From positions 496,001 through 560,000 of the forward strand of contig JAIVFI010000028.1 in the NCBI GenBank assembly GCA_025558095.1: a stretch of DNA of 64,000 bases. The letters are read 5' to 3'. This document shows, one piece after another, positions 1-11,540 of the stretch. The DNA comes from Hyaloraphidium curvatum SAG 235-1. Taxonomy: Eukaryota; Fungi; Monoblepharomycota. Each line of letters opens with the position of its first letter. The first letter of the stretch is position 1. A program made the position numbers and the translations under genes. A model generated the notes under the pieces. It was given only the letters and a program-made list of their open reading frames with translations. It did not search any database and had not been told where the DNA came from.

Positions 1-1063
1 CCGAGGTTGTCTGGGAGGGCAGGATCAGCGGGAGATCGCAGGATGGGGCCATGACGTGATCTCACCGATGTGAGGCAAGGACACGAGGCCGCGAGATCCA
101 CAATTGCGGCTAGATTGTTCCGCATGGTAACGAAGACGGTCCTAGTCCGGGTGATCTCGGCGCACTGCGAGAGTGATCAGCACGACCCGCAGTACGGGGC
201 ACATGTCCGGCCCACAGTCTGAAGCACGGTTTGGGTGCGGGTCCGGAAGACGGTCGCGGTGCTGCGCGGTCAGCGTTAGCCTCCTTCTCCTCCGCGGCCG
301 CCGGCGGCTCACCAATCGGGAAGGAGGTCGCGCTCACTGTTTCTCGGCCATTCCACGGGCCCTGCCGACGCGTCCGTCGCGGAGTAGAGCACCATCGCGA
401 CGGCACAGGCAATCCCTGCGAGTGACAACGCCGTGCGGGTGCGAATCGTCGCGTTTCTGCTGCGTGTGGGTGGTTCCCGGTTTTCGGGAACGCGGGAACC
501 GATTCGCCAGTCCCGCATCCTGGGCGCCCGCGACGTGCCGAGAGAAGGATCCACGGGCGCGGCGAAAGCAATTCCAGTTGTCCTACTCGGTGTAGAGTCA
601 CAGGCGAGAGGCAGCGGGAGGATAAAGTGACGGTCGGAGGGAAATCAGTCAGTCAAGTCAGCACCGCGATCGTAAAAAAAAAGGCGGCATTGCGCAGGGA
701 TAACCCCAAGAGCAGAGCTGTGTCGACATCGGATCGCACCAAGATTAACCTCGAAAGCGACATTGTGCCAAGTATATCCAGCCACCGCCATCGTCACTCG
801 AACCACCCAGATCGTTGTCATGGTCGTTATCTGAAGGCGATCCACGACGCAGCAAGCAAACAATATGTTCCCGACGCGTTTACCCTATTGGACGTGTGGT
901 TGGCCGCGTCCCAGGAAAGGGTCGTTTGCCTTCGCCTATCGTCTTCTTGCCCTTGTTCGGCCACAGCCGGGACCCGTATTTCACCCGTGGCCGGACGCCT
1001 TCAATCCTCTCACCTCGCGGCGAGGGCATTTCGCTTCGAATCAGCTACAGCACCATATCAAAA

Positions 1064-2209
1064 TCACGCCTGCCCCTCCGTCAGATCCTTCTCCTCGGCG
1101 GTCCCCTCGGCCTTCTTCCTCATCCACTCGTTGAACACCCGATCCGTCCCGCACAGCCAATCCCAGAAGCCAGTCTGGCTAGCGTACATGCCCATGTTGA
1201 CGGAATGGTGGAACGCGTGCGCGGGCTCGTGGCGCACGACGTCGGGGAGCAGCGCCCTCACGGGACTCCAAGGGAACGTATAGCCAACGTGCTCGTCGAG
1301 CGAGACGACCATCCGCACCATGGCCCACAGGGCGACGGTGAAGATGTGCACGCGCAGCGAGGGGAAGCGGGCCGAGAGGGCCGAGAGGACGAGGGGGCCG
1401 GCGATGACCGGGATCACGTTGCCGAGGAGGAACTCGACCGGGTGGGCGTTCTCGGCGGCCAAGGTGGCGTTCTCCTTGTACTGATGATGGACCTTGTGAA
1501 TGTAGGGATACCACGAAGGGTGGTGGAGGGCGCGGTGCGACCCTGGAATGTCAACGAGGTCAGTGATCAGCACACGCTGTCAATTCCGCCGCCGAAACCC
1601 ACAATAGAAGAATGCGTCCTCGACCAGCAGCGAAAAGTAAACCTGCAGCACGATCTTGAGCGGCCCGGGGAAATCGGCCGCCTTGGCGCTGAAGGACCCC
1701 GCGGGCAACTTCGTCTCGCGCGTATCCCACATGCTCAGGCCGATTGGGTAACCGAGGGCCGCGTTGTTGAACAGCGTGAGGGCGAGTGACCTCCTGAAGA
1801 GCTTCCAGAAGGCGGCGCGCTTGGCGGGGTCCTCGGACCTCCACGGAAAGTCCTTCTTAAGGGAACGGAACCGCTCGAACCATGGATGGTTCGCGTAGTA
1901 GACCGGGAGCATGGCCAAGTTGCCGAGCAGCACGGTGCCGAAGCTCGTGACGAACACAATTCTCTGTACCGTCGCCTTTTCGCCGCCCAGGAGGTCGACG
2001 ATGCGCTCCCAGCGGGGCCGGACCACGGCAGGGATGCCAAAGAGAATGGCACCCGCGGAGGCGAAGGCGGCGCCGCGAAGCACGATGCCCTCGATGGGGC
2101 CCATGGCGCCGGGTCCGGGCCGGGTTGCGGAGGCAGCGGAGGAGGCCATCGTCGTCCGTTCCGGGCGAGTGAGGTTTGGAGAATCCTCCGGGGTCCTCTT
2201 TTGACTCAT
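1064..2209 (-). CDS. Fatty-acid hydroxylase / sterol C4-methyl oxidase (ERG25-like), 2 exons
   Basis: ORFs 1580-2209 and 1064-1573 join across a GTGGGT..CAG intron to give FFYWSHRALHHP. His boxes HRALH, HKVHH, DEH and HAFHH are present. Start may instead be the Met of MASSA. Confidence 0.85.
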
Positions 2210-2382
2210 GGGTCGGGGATTTCCACGGACTAACTCTCTTCACGCGTCGCGTCGGGGCTTGGATCCAAGTGGAAGACGGCACTTGCGACATGTGAAACGG
2301 AGGAAAGACCAACAGCTGCTCGCGGCCCGAGTCGGACTGGGTTCCAAAGTCCCTTGCCGATCTGCAACTTTCCGTCGGCGCG

Positions 2383-3373
2383 ATGTCCCCGCCCGGATGG
2401 CCGCCGATGATCTACGGCACGGCGTGGAAGGCGGAGCGCACGCACGCGCTCGTGGTGCAGGCCGTGCTGGCGGGCTTCCGGGTGGGCCAAGAACGCGTCG
2501 AACACGTCGAACGCGTCTAACGCGAGGGTCGGGACGCGTCGTCGGGCCGGAATCGGAACCGCAGAGGATCGACACCGCGTGCCAGCCGAAGCACTACCGC
2601 GAGGACTTGGTCGGGTCGGCCGTGGAGGAGTTGGCGCGCGACCACGGGGTGAAGCGGGAGCAGCTGTGGATACAGACCAAGTTCACGCCCATCGACGGGC
2701 ACGACAGGTCCAAACCGCTGCCGTACGACCCGTCCAAGCCCGTGCCGGAACAGGTCAAGCAGAGCGTCGCGACGTCGCTCAAGAACCTGCGAACTGCCTA
2801 CGTGGACTCCCTTCTTTTGCACTCGCCGCTGCCGATGCCGGACCTCTCCCGGGCGTGGCGGCAGCTCGAGTCGCACGTCAAGGAGGGTACGGTGCGCCAG
2901 ATCGGGATCAGCAACATCTACGACCCGCAGCTGCTCCGGAGCCTGTGGGAGGAGGCTGAGGTGAAGCCTGCGGTGGTCCAGAACCGCTTCTACTCGGCAA
3001 CGGCATGGGACAAGGAGGTCCGCGCTTTCTGCCGGGAAAAGGGGATGGAGTACCAGGTGGGCGTTGACGAAGCTGACGCAAAGTGCCTGTCCCTGACTTC
3101 CGTCCCGCTCCCCTTCCGCAGAGCTTCTGGACCCTCACGGCCAACCCGCACCTCCTCTCGCACCACACCATCCGGACCATCGCCAAGCGACTCGGTGCCG
3201 GGCCCGAGCAGGCGTTGTACGGATTCCTGATCCACGGCTTGGGGTGCTCGCCCCTTAACGGGACGTCAAGCAGGGAGCACGCGGTCGAGGACCTGAAGGT
3301 GCTGCACTGGACGGAGAAGGATGTGCCGAGGGCGGAGTGGGACGCGATCAGGAGGTTGATCGGGGATCTTTAG
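2383..3373 (+). CDS. Aldo-keto reductase, 3 exons
   Basis: MSPPGWPPMIYGTAWK...AGFR|RIDTACQPKHY (Asp and Tyr catalytic motifs), IQTKF, YVDSLLLHSP, IGISN, VVQNRFY; two GT-AG introns. Confidence 0.9.
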
Positions 3374-3622
3374 ATATGGCTGTCGGCGGAGGCGTCTCGG
3401 ACATGGCTTGTCTTGTGCGGCTTTCTTGTTGCTGAAGAATGAATTGGATTATAGCTCGAACCGTGAGGGACGTTGCAAACTTTCTTCCACAATCCATTCA
3501 GCACACATTCGACGCTATGTTACAAGATCCGCCCACTACCCATCACACTACCGAATCTGGAGTCCCAAACACAAGCTCTCGCGCGTCCCATCAAGATCTA
3601 CAGCTTGACGACCAGTCAACGC

Positions 3623-6600
3623 TCACCCGGCGCGCGCGACGGCCGTGTCGAGAGGGATGACGTCAGTGGCCCCGTCGGCCAGGGCAGCCTCCGAAGGCGC
3701 CGGAGCACCGTTGCCCACGGAAGCAGACGGCGGCGTCGGGGTGAAGCGCACACTGCTCTTCGAGCCGTCGAACCCCACGGCGTCGCCGGCCTCGGTCATC
3801 TCCGGAACCCGAGGCGCCTCACCCGAGCGCCGTTCTCCGAACACCCTGGAGATCAGCGACGGCCTCCGGCTTCCCAAGCTCCCGATCGACGCCGACCGCG
3901 GCCGCACCGACGCCCGGCCCTGCTCGGCCTGCGACTGCTCGTCATGGTCCCCCGTCATGCTGTCGGTGATGGCGATCGAAAGTCTGCGCACGCCCTCGTT
4001 CCAGCTCTCGGGCATGCCCCTGGCGACGAGGTTGACGAACGAGACGGCGTTGATTACGTTGCGCACGCGGGCCTTGGTGGCGTCCACGCGCTCCTTGCGG
4101 GCCGCGGCCTCCTGGCGCGCGGCGAGCTTGCGACGGCGGCCGGGGGTAGGCGCCAGCTTGGCCGTGAGCTCGAAGGACCAGTGCTTGATGATCTGGGGAA
4201 CGGAGTTTGAGAATCTGGCCATTGCCCGGCGCGCAGAAGCTGCGACGCACCAGCACTTTGACCACGTCGAGGAGCACCATGGACGCGAGCGAGACGGCCA
4301 GGAGCGAAACACCCCATCCCCAGCCGATCCCGGCGTCGATCACCCCCGGCAGGCCGTAGATCGAGATGAACATGGCGAAGACCTGCGTGGCCAGGATGGC
4401 GGCGACGAAGACCCAGGACGGGCGGCTGCAGGCGGGTCGGGAGGGTCAGATCGGCATGGAGCAGCAGGCAAACGACTCACTTCTCCCAGAAGTAGCCAGG
4501 CACGCGCGTGCTGAAGATGACGAAGTGCGGGGTCGCCCTTCGGATGGACGAGGTAAGCGACCGCAAAGAGCACGAGATGCGAGCGAACGCACGAGATCTG
4601 CAGGTACATGATGGTCTGGAGCTCTTCCGGGTTGACGTGAAAGGCGTAGAGGGCCGTAAAGTAGGTGGCGAAGGACAGCCCCGTGATGCCTGCGAATCAG
4701 GAAAGTTAGGCGGAGGCTCGGCCCAACCGTCCGCGCGGAAACCCACAGAGGGCCAGCACGAGCGAGAGGGTGAGCAGCTGTCCAATCCTCCACTTGTCCG
4801 GCTTGCGCGAGATCTGCGTGTTGTCCACCGAGATGACCATGGTCGCGGCGTCGTTGAGCACGGCGATGAGGATGATCTCGCGGTCCGTGAGGGAGAAGTT
4901 GAAGGCCAGCAGGGTGATGAAGAAGAAGATGAGGAAGTGCAGGGTGGAGGCGATGCGGTAGATGGCATAGGACCTCATGCTGTGCATGAGGTCAGATCAG
5001 CGATCGGGCGCGGTCTGATGGGCGACGATCGAGCTCACCGCTGGAAAATGGTGCGTGCCATGATGATCCCGTCCTCGATCGTGGAAAGCCCAGAGCTGAG
5101 CAGAACAATGTCGGCCGCAGAGCGGGCGGCGTCGGTGGCACCCTCCACGGCGATCCCGACGTCGGCCTTCTTGAGGGCGGGCGCGTCGTTGACACCATCG
5201 CCCGTCATGGCCACGAGCTTCCCCGTCTCCTGGAGGTACTTGACGATGTTGAACTTGTGCTCTGCACGAAATGAATGCGTCAAGGAACCCCGAAGAGCAA
5301 AGCGAGAGAGCGATAGACGCACCCGGAATCACCTGCGCGAACCCATCCGCCCTCTCGACCTTGTTGATCACCGTGTCCTCGTCCTCGCCTTCGCTGATGA
5401 GATGCGACGCATCGAGAATGTTCCTGAACATGCCCAGCCGCCTCGCGACCTCGACCGCGATGACCTGCTGGTCGCCCGTGATCATCTTGACCTCGACGCC
5501 GAGCTCGGCGCACTGCTTGATCGTGGCCGCCGAATCCGGCCTGGGCGGGTCCAGGAGCGAGATCAGGCCCACGAGCTCGAACTTTTCCAGAGCGGGATCG
5601 GTGGTCCGGGCCACCCCGAGCGCGCGGAGGCCGGCGCGGGCAAAGAGGGTCACGGCCTTGTCGGCCGCCTCGTCGCCGCCGCACTTGCGGATGATGACCT
5701 GCGGTGCGCCCTTGATGCAGCGGAAACGATCGCCGTTTGCGTCTTCGACGACTTCGGCCTCGCTGCACATGCAACCAGTCGGCGGCATCCGAGAACTGCC
5801 AATGCGGCGTGCACCCACGTGTACTTGGTCGACGGATCGAACGGCACGAAAGCCTGCACCGTGTACCCGGGGAAGCCGTGCCCCTTGTCCTCCTTGGCGA
5901 TCAGCTCCTTGCAGGTAGACTCGGCCGCCGTGCGGACGGCCTTCTCGATGGCGTCATTGGCACCGGCCTCCGAGGCGAGGTACGCGTACTTGAGCAGCTC
6001 CTCCGGCGTGCTCTTGGGCTTGCCCGAGGCGTCCTTGGGCAGGTAGGGCTGGTCGAAGGTGAGCTGGTTGAGCGTGAGGGTGCCGGTCTTGTCGGAGCAG
6101 AGGACCGAGACGGAGGCGAACTCCTCGATGGCGGGGAGGCGCTTGACGATGACGTCCTTGGCGGCGAGCTGCTTTGCGCCGACGGCCATGGTGACGGAGA
6201 GCACGGTCGGGAGGCCGATGGGGATGGCGGCGATCATGAGGATGATGACCTGCTTGAGGGCCTGCAGGACGCCGTAGTGGTGCACGCCGATCTGGACTCC
6301 GAGGATGATCACTGATTGCGAAATGGTTCAGGAAGGCGCCCAGGCAACAAAGAGGGCGAAACGTACCGACAAACGCCAGACTGATCAGGATCAGGAAGTT
6401 GCCGATAGCGTTGACGATCTTCTGGAACTGTCCGGTCTCGTTGGTGCTGGCGATGAGCACGGCCGCACGGCCGACAAAGGTCTGCATGCGATGCCCGGAG
6501 AACACGTCAGCGTTCGTCGCGCTCCGACCCTGGCGGTCCCACCTTGTCCCCGGTCTTGACCACGACGCCCAGCTGCTGCCCCTGCTTGACCACCGAGCTC

Positions 6601-7361
6601 GAGTAGACCGTCTGCCCCTCGTGGCGGGTGACGGGCAGCGACTCGCCCGTGAGGGCGGACTGGTCGACCGAGAGCGGGAGCCGGGTGGGCTCGCCCGTGA
6701 CGTTGAGCCCGAGCAGGCGCGCATCGGCGGGCACGATGTCGCCGAGGCGGAGCACGACCACGTCGCCGGGGACCAGGAGGGAAGATTCGCTGCGCAATGG
6801 GCGCAGATCAGGGGCCTGTGGGGGCCGGGCATGCGCGTCGGTGCAACCCACACTTCGACGAGCTCGCCGTCGCGCCAGCACTTGCTCTTGAGCGCGAGCG
6901 TGTTCTTGAGCGCGTCCAGCGCCGACTCGGCCTTGGCCTCCTCCACGAACCCGATGATGGCGTTGATGAAGAGCACCCCCAGGATGATGCCGACGTCGAT
7001 CCAGTCCTGCACCACGGCGGCAATCACGACGGCGATTTCAAGGAGGTAAGCGAGCGGGCCGAGGAAGTACGACAGGAACTTGAGGAACGGGCTGGTCTTT
7101 TTTTCCGGGATCTCTGCAAACGGGGGCAGGGGGACGCCGCGGTGAGCGCGGCGGGCCGGCGTCGCGGGCGGGCGGCCCACCGTTGCGGCCGAACTGCGCC
7201 AGCCGAGCGGCGGCCTCGGCGGACGTCAGGCCGTGCCGCGGGTCCGTGTGGAGCAGCTCTTCGAGCTCCGGCGGCACGTCGTCGTCCGGCGCCTTGTGCT
7301 CCTCGACGGGCGCGGGGGCGGCGACGGCGGCGCCGTGCGCGGCGGGGGCGGCGGTTGCCAT
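3623..7361 (-). CDS. PMA1: P3A-type plasma-membrane H+-ATPase, multi-exon
   Basis: [14 protein letters not shown] (phospho-Asp), [42 protein letters not shown]. The intron junctions checked keep the frame. Confidence 0.95.
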
Positions 7362-8166
7362 GGTTGCGGGGTGCGGTGTTTCACAGCTTTCGCGAGAGTG
7401 CTTGGAGATAAGTTCGGCGGCCGGGAATTCCGCCGGCGGCACAGTTCCGAATGTCTCCAAAATGCAGAGTTACCGCTGATGTGGCGCGCGCTGAGCTGGC
7501 CCCCCTCTGAGACGCGGCCACCGCTGATCTTCACCGTCACAAGATAAGCACGAAAAGCAACGTCCGACCGACGGAAAATCTCGAGGGTGGTCGTTGCAAT
7601 GCAACGCTGGTCTCCGGATGCCGCGGAGAACCATCCCCGGCCGATTTGCTAAGGGGGCTTGGCCGTCTCCAGAACCTTGGCGGCAAACTCGGCGCAGTTG
7701 TTCCGACGGCCCGGATGAACGCGGAGGCTTCGCTGAGGCGATCAACTTTGACGCCTGGGGATCGTGGCTTTAGATCTTGATCTTCATCTTCATGATTTGG
7801 TAGAGATCCGCGGCCTCACCGGGCCCATTGACCAGTGTGCCCGATAGCATCGCCTGGAAGCAAGAATCCTCCCGCCATCGTCGCCGATCGCAACATTCAG
7901 GACCCGTACAATGCTCTGGTAACGCCGGAGGAGCATTCCATCGAGACCTGGAGGGGCAATGCGACCATCCCACGGGCACCATGCCCGTGCCGCGAATCCC
8001 GATCCGGAGCCCGCCGTGAGGCACATCGCGGCCGGGAAACGCGTGCACAGGGAGTCTGCGGTGGCCACGAGGCCCAGCAACCTTGCCTTGGAGGGATCCG
8101 AGGGGAAGCTGGTGGCGCCGTGGTTGTTGGCGTGCGTGTGTTGAAGTCAACACGCCGTCCCCCGCA

Positions 8167-9637
8167 ATGGACCCGGCGCCGGATCCCGCCGCTCCTGCGG
8201 CCCCGCTCGAATTCTCCGGCGACGAATGGCTCGCCGTCGTGCCCTCCCCGCCTCCGCGTCCTTTCTCCCTCGCGGGGCTGCAGCGCGGACGCCCGGCTCG
8301 CCGCGCCGCTCACCTTCCCCGCGCTGCTGGCCGCGATCCCTTCCCCACCCTTACGCGGCGCCGTGCAGTTCGAGCGCGCCACGGCGGGGCTGGCGCGCGC
8401 GGCTCCCAACCTCGTGGGCGCCGTATACTCCTTCTCCACCGTCCTCGTGGCCGCCGCCTGGGCCTTCGGCGGGGACCGGTTCGCGTTCCCGGCGCTCGTC
8501 GCGGCGTCGGTGGCGCAGGCCGTGCATGCCGCCTTCGTGATCGGGCTGCCGCTCGGTGCCGGGCCGGGGAGGAGCTTCCGGCTCGTGTTCCGGGCCACGG
8601 GGACGGAGCAGCTGTACGATGACCACGCTTACGCCGGGTTGGCAAGGTGGAGCATGCTTTGCCGTGCGGCGGGAGGGGACGACGCGGCTGCCGAGGGCGG
8701 CAGGTTGGAGGACGGCAAGTCCCACCGGGAGACGAGCCCGCTGGTCTCGCACGTGGACGGCGACCCCTTCTGCCCGTGCCCCGCGCCTTCCTGCGCGGGC
8801 GGCGTCGTTTCGTCCGCCTTCTGGAGGCGCATGCCGATGACGATCGCGGTCATGGTGCCGGACGTGATGACCACCGTCGCGCTGGCCTGGACCGCGCTGG
8901 TCACCCTCGCCCCCCGCACCTGGACGAGCCCCTGGGCCGCGCTCCTCGGCGCCTTGTACGTCGCCGTTGCGCTCCCGTACTACACCCAGCCGCACATCAA
9001 GGTCAGCATCGTCACCCCGCTCCTCGAACTGGCCCACCGCCTGCGCCACCGCGCCGCGCACCTCCTCCTCTCGGACTTCCTCTCCCGCTGCCGCGCAGGC
9101 ACCGCCCCCGACCCCTCCGTCGCGGAACCCTACGTGCGCCTGCACGACCTCCTCGCCGCCATGTGGCGCTCCCAATCCGACCACGCCTCCCATGGGCGCG
9201 GGTTCGTCGCCGCGCTGCTGGTGACCGCCGCGCTGGCGGGGATCGCGTCGGCGGGCGCGGGGTCGTGCGTGCCGGCGTGGGTGCTGTTCGCGTACGCGTG
9301 CTACTTCACGCTGTTCTTCCGGGATTTGCTGGCCATCGCCGCCGCCAACGCCTCCGTGGACTCGGTGGCAGGCCTGTACGCCCAGGCGCGCCGCGAACTC
9401 CGCCGCCTCGCGCTTTCGGGCTCCCCGCGCGCCGAGCACCTCCGCGATCACGAGGCGCAGCTCGCGCTGCTGGCGGACCTCGGGAGCGCGAGGGGCCGGT
9501 GGATGGGGTTCGGGGTGACGTACGGGACCGCGAGGGCGTTCGCGGCGACGGCCTTCACGGTGGCGCTGGGGCTGTGGACGCTGCTGAGGGGGACGGGGAT
9601 CGTGTTCACGATGGACAACGTGTGCCCGGCGCGGTGA
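8167..9637 (+). CDS. 7-TM membrane protein, possibly gustatory-receptor-like (7TMIC); +1 frameshift near 8281
   Basis: The N-terminus MDPAPD..EFSGDEWLAVVP lies in one frame and the body (ORF 7835-9637) in the +1 frame. Seven hydrophobic segments; HVDGDPFCPCPxxxCAG motif; C-terminus WMGFGVTYGTARAFAATAFTVALGLW..CPAR shared with the paralogue at 58793-60384. Confidence 0.7.
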
Positions 9638-9650
9638 GCGGGTGGGGGCC

Positions 9651-9673
9651 GGGGGGGGGGGGGGGGGGGGGGG
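9651..9673 (+). repeat. G23 homopolymer just downstream of the 7-TM gene stop
   Basis: 23 consecutive G read directly from the sequence. Confidence 0.9.
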
Positions 9674-10040
9674 TGCGCGGGAAAGAGGGCAATGCGACAC
9701 CGCGGTGCCAGATCATCCGTCCAGGGCGATGCTTATGGATGCAGAGATCGCGGACATTGCGGTGATCTCTCACCGCAAGGTGCTTGCCGCGCCTGTGTGG
9801 CTTCGAAAGGACCACAGTCTCCCAGTCCGTCCCCGGCACGCTCGAATTGCAATCAAGGCCCAGGGCCCCGGAGGTTCGTTACATCCAGCAAAATTCTTTT
9901 ATTGCAATGGTCCTCTCTGATGATTCACACGAATGCGGGCCGTGGGTTGTCCGGGAAGGGGAAAGATCTGCAGGAGCGAGCTCGATGGCCGCCCCGATTC
10001 ACCAACCCCCTTTTCGTCCCCTCACGGAGAAGTGCCCGCG

Positions 10041-11405
10041 ATGGCGAACGCGGCGCGGTCCGAGAGCGGCGACACGGACCCGGGCTACGCGGGCAGCGAG
10101 GCGGGCAGCGCCAAGACGGAGCCGGCCGACCCGCTGGAGCTGCTGCCCGCGGACGAGGAGGAGCCGCCGGCCGTCCACGCGGCGCCGCCGTCGCGGAAGC
10201 GCGGCCGCGGCTCGTTCGACGGCGCGCCGCGCGCGCAGCGCCCCGCCAAGAAGTGCGAGTGCGGCAAGGCGGCGCCGTCGTTCTGCCTGCCGACCGACGA
10301 CCGCGCGCGGTGGTGCGCCGCGTGCCCCGCGAAGCCCGCCGCCGGCGTGGTCAACGTCAAGAAGATCCGCTGCGAGTGCGGCAAGGCCGCCGCCGCGTTC
10401 GGCGACCGCGACGGCGCCTCGCGCTGGCCGCGGTGGTGCGACGACTGCCCCGGCAAGCCCGCCGACGCCGTGTTCCTGCGCCACCGCAAGTGCGAGTGCG
10501 GGATGGGCACGCCGCTCCTCGCCATGCCCGGCGACAGCCTGCCCAAGTGGTGCGCACGCTGCCCCGGCAGGCTCGCCGGCGCCGTCGACGTGCTCAACAA
10601 GAAATGCGCGTGCGGCGCCTCGCGCCCGCTGTTCGGCATGCCCGGCGACAAGAAGCCGACCTGGTGCCTCAAGTGCCCCGACAAGCCGCCCGGCACGGTC
10701 GACGTCAAGACGCACAAGTGCGAGTGCGGCGCCGTCCGCCCCGTCTACGGCCTGCCCGAGGACCGCAAGGCGCGCTGGTGCAGGCGCTGCCCCACCCGCC
10801 CCGCCGCCGCCATCAACGTCAAGAACCCCCGGTGCGAGTGCGGCGCCGCGCTGCCCTCGTTCGGCATGCCGACGGACGAGCGCCAGCGCTGGTGCGCAAA
10901 GTGCCCCGGCAGGCCCGTCACGGCCATCAACCTCAAGTACTTCAAGTCCCAAAAGTGCGCCCTCTGCACCTCCACCGCGTGCTACGGGCCCCCCGGGCAC
11001 CACGCCGTGCGGTGCCTGCAGCACCGCGCCGCCGGCATGGTCCTGGACCCGTGGCGGCCCTGCGTGCGGTGCAGGGAGCCCGCGACGTGGGGGTCCCTCG
11101 TCGGCCGCAACGAGCGGTGCGAGCTGCACGCGCACGTGGGCGAGATCGAGCTGGTGCTGCGGATCTGCGTGTGGTGCGGGAACCCCGCCGTGGCGGACTC
11201 GTACGGGTTCTGCGAGGCGTGCAACCCGCTCGAGTTCAACTTTGCGCGGATGGGGGACGCGGGGGACAAGCTGGTGGGGCAGATCGTTCCGGAGGGGTTC
11301 GATGGGGGGCTCGACGGGGAGTTCGAGGCGGACTTTAAGGGGGGGTTCGACGGCGGCGAGTTTGAGGTCGGGGCCGGTGTGGAGATCGAGGTCGAGGTCG
11401 AGTAG
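10041..11405 (+). CDS. EsV-1-7-like cysteine-rich repeat protein, intronless
   Basis: Six ~38-aa repeats KCxCG-x4/5-(F/Y)GxP-x5-WCxxCP-x8-V, then two CxxC..CxxH units and CxxC..GFCEACNP. Basic NLS-like N-terminus (RKRGR, RPAKK) and acidic tail. Confidence 0.75.
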   Translation: MANAARSESGDTDPGYAGSEAGSAKTEPADPLELLPADEEEPPAVHAAPPSRKRGRGSFDGAPRAQRPAKKCECGKAAPSFCLPTDDRARWCAACPAKPAAGVVNVKKIRCECGKAAAAFGDRDGASRWPRWCDDCPGKPADAVFLRHRKCECGMGTPLLAMPGDSLPKWCARCPGRLAGAVDVLNKKCACGASRPLFGMPGDKKPTWCLKCPDKPPGTVDVKTHKCECGAVRPVYGLPEDRKARWCRRCPTRPAAAINVKNPRCECGAALPSFGMPTDERQRWCAKCPGRPVTAINLKYFKSQKCALCTSTACYGPPGHHAVRCLQHRAAGMVLDPWRPCVRCREPATWGSLVGRNERCELHAHVGEIELVLRICVWCGNPAVADSYGFCEACNPLEFNFARMGDAGDKLVGQIVPEGFDGGLDGEFEADFKGGFDGGEFEVGAGVEIEVEVE

Positions 11406-11540
11406 GCATACCAGGGGACATTTCGGACTCTTTTCAACTGAACGAACCGAACGGGAGGATGTAGATGGCTGATTGGGTGGACTTCGGGGTTCTTCGTCTC
11501 GGGGATGATTGAAAAACGAGCTTTCGCCTTTACGCTGACC

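Noticed and set aside
1-1060. ORFs in the first kilobase
   Set aside because: No codon bias or recognisable motifs; probably UTR/promoter of a gene outside the window.
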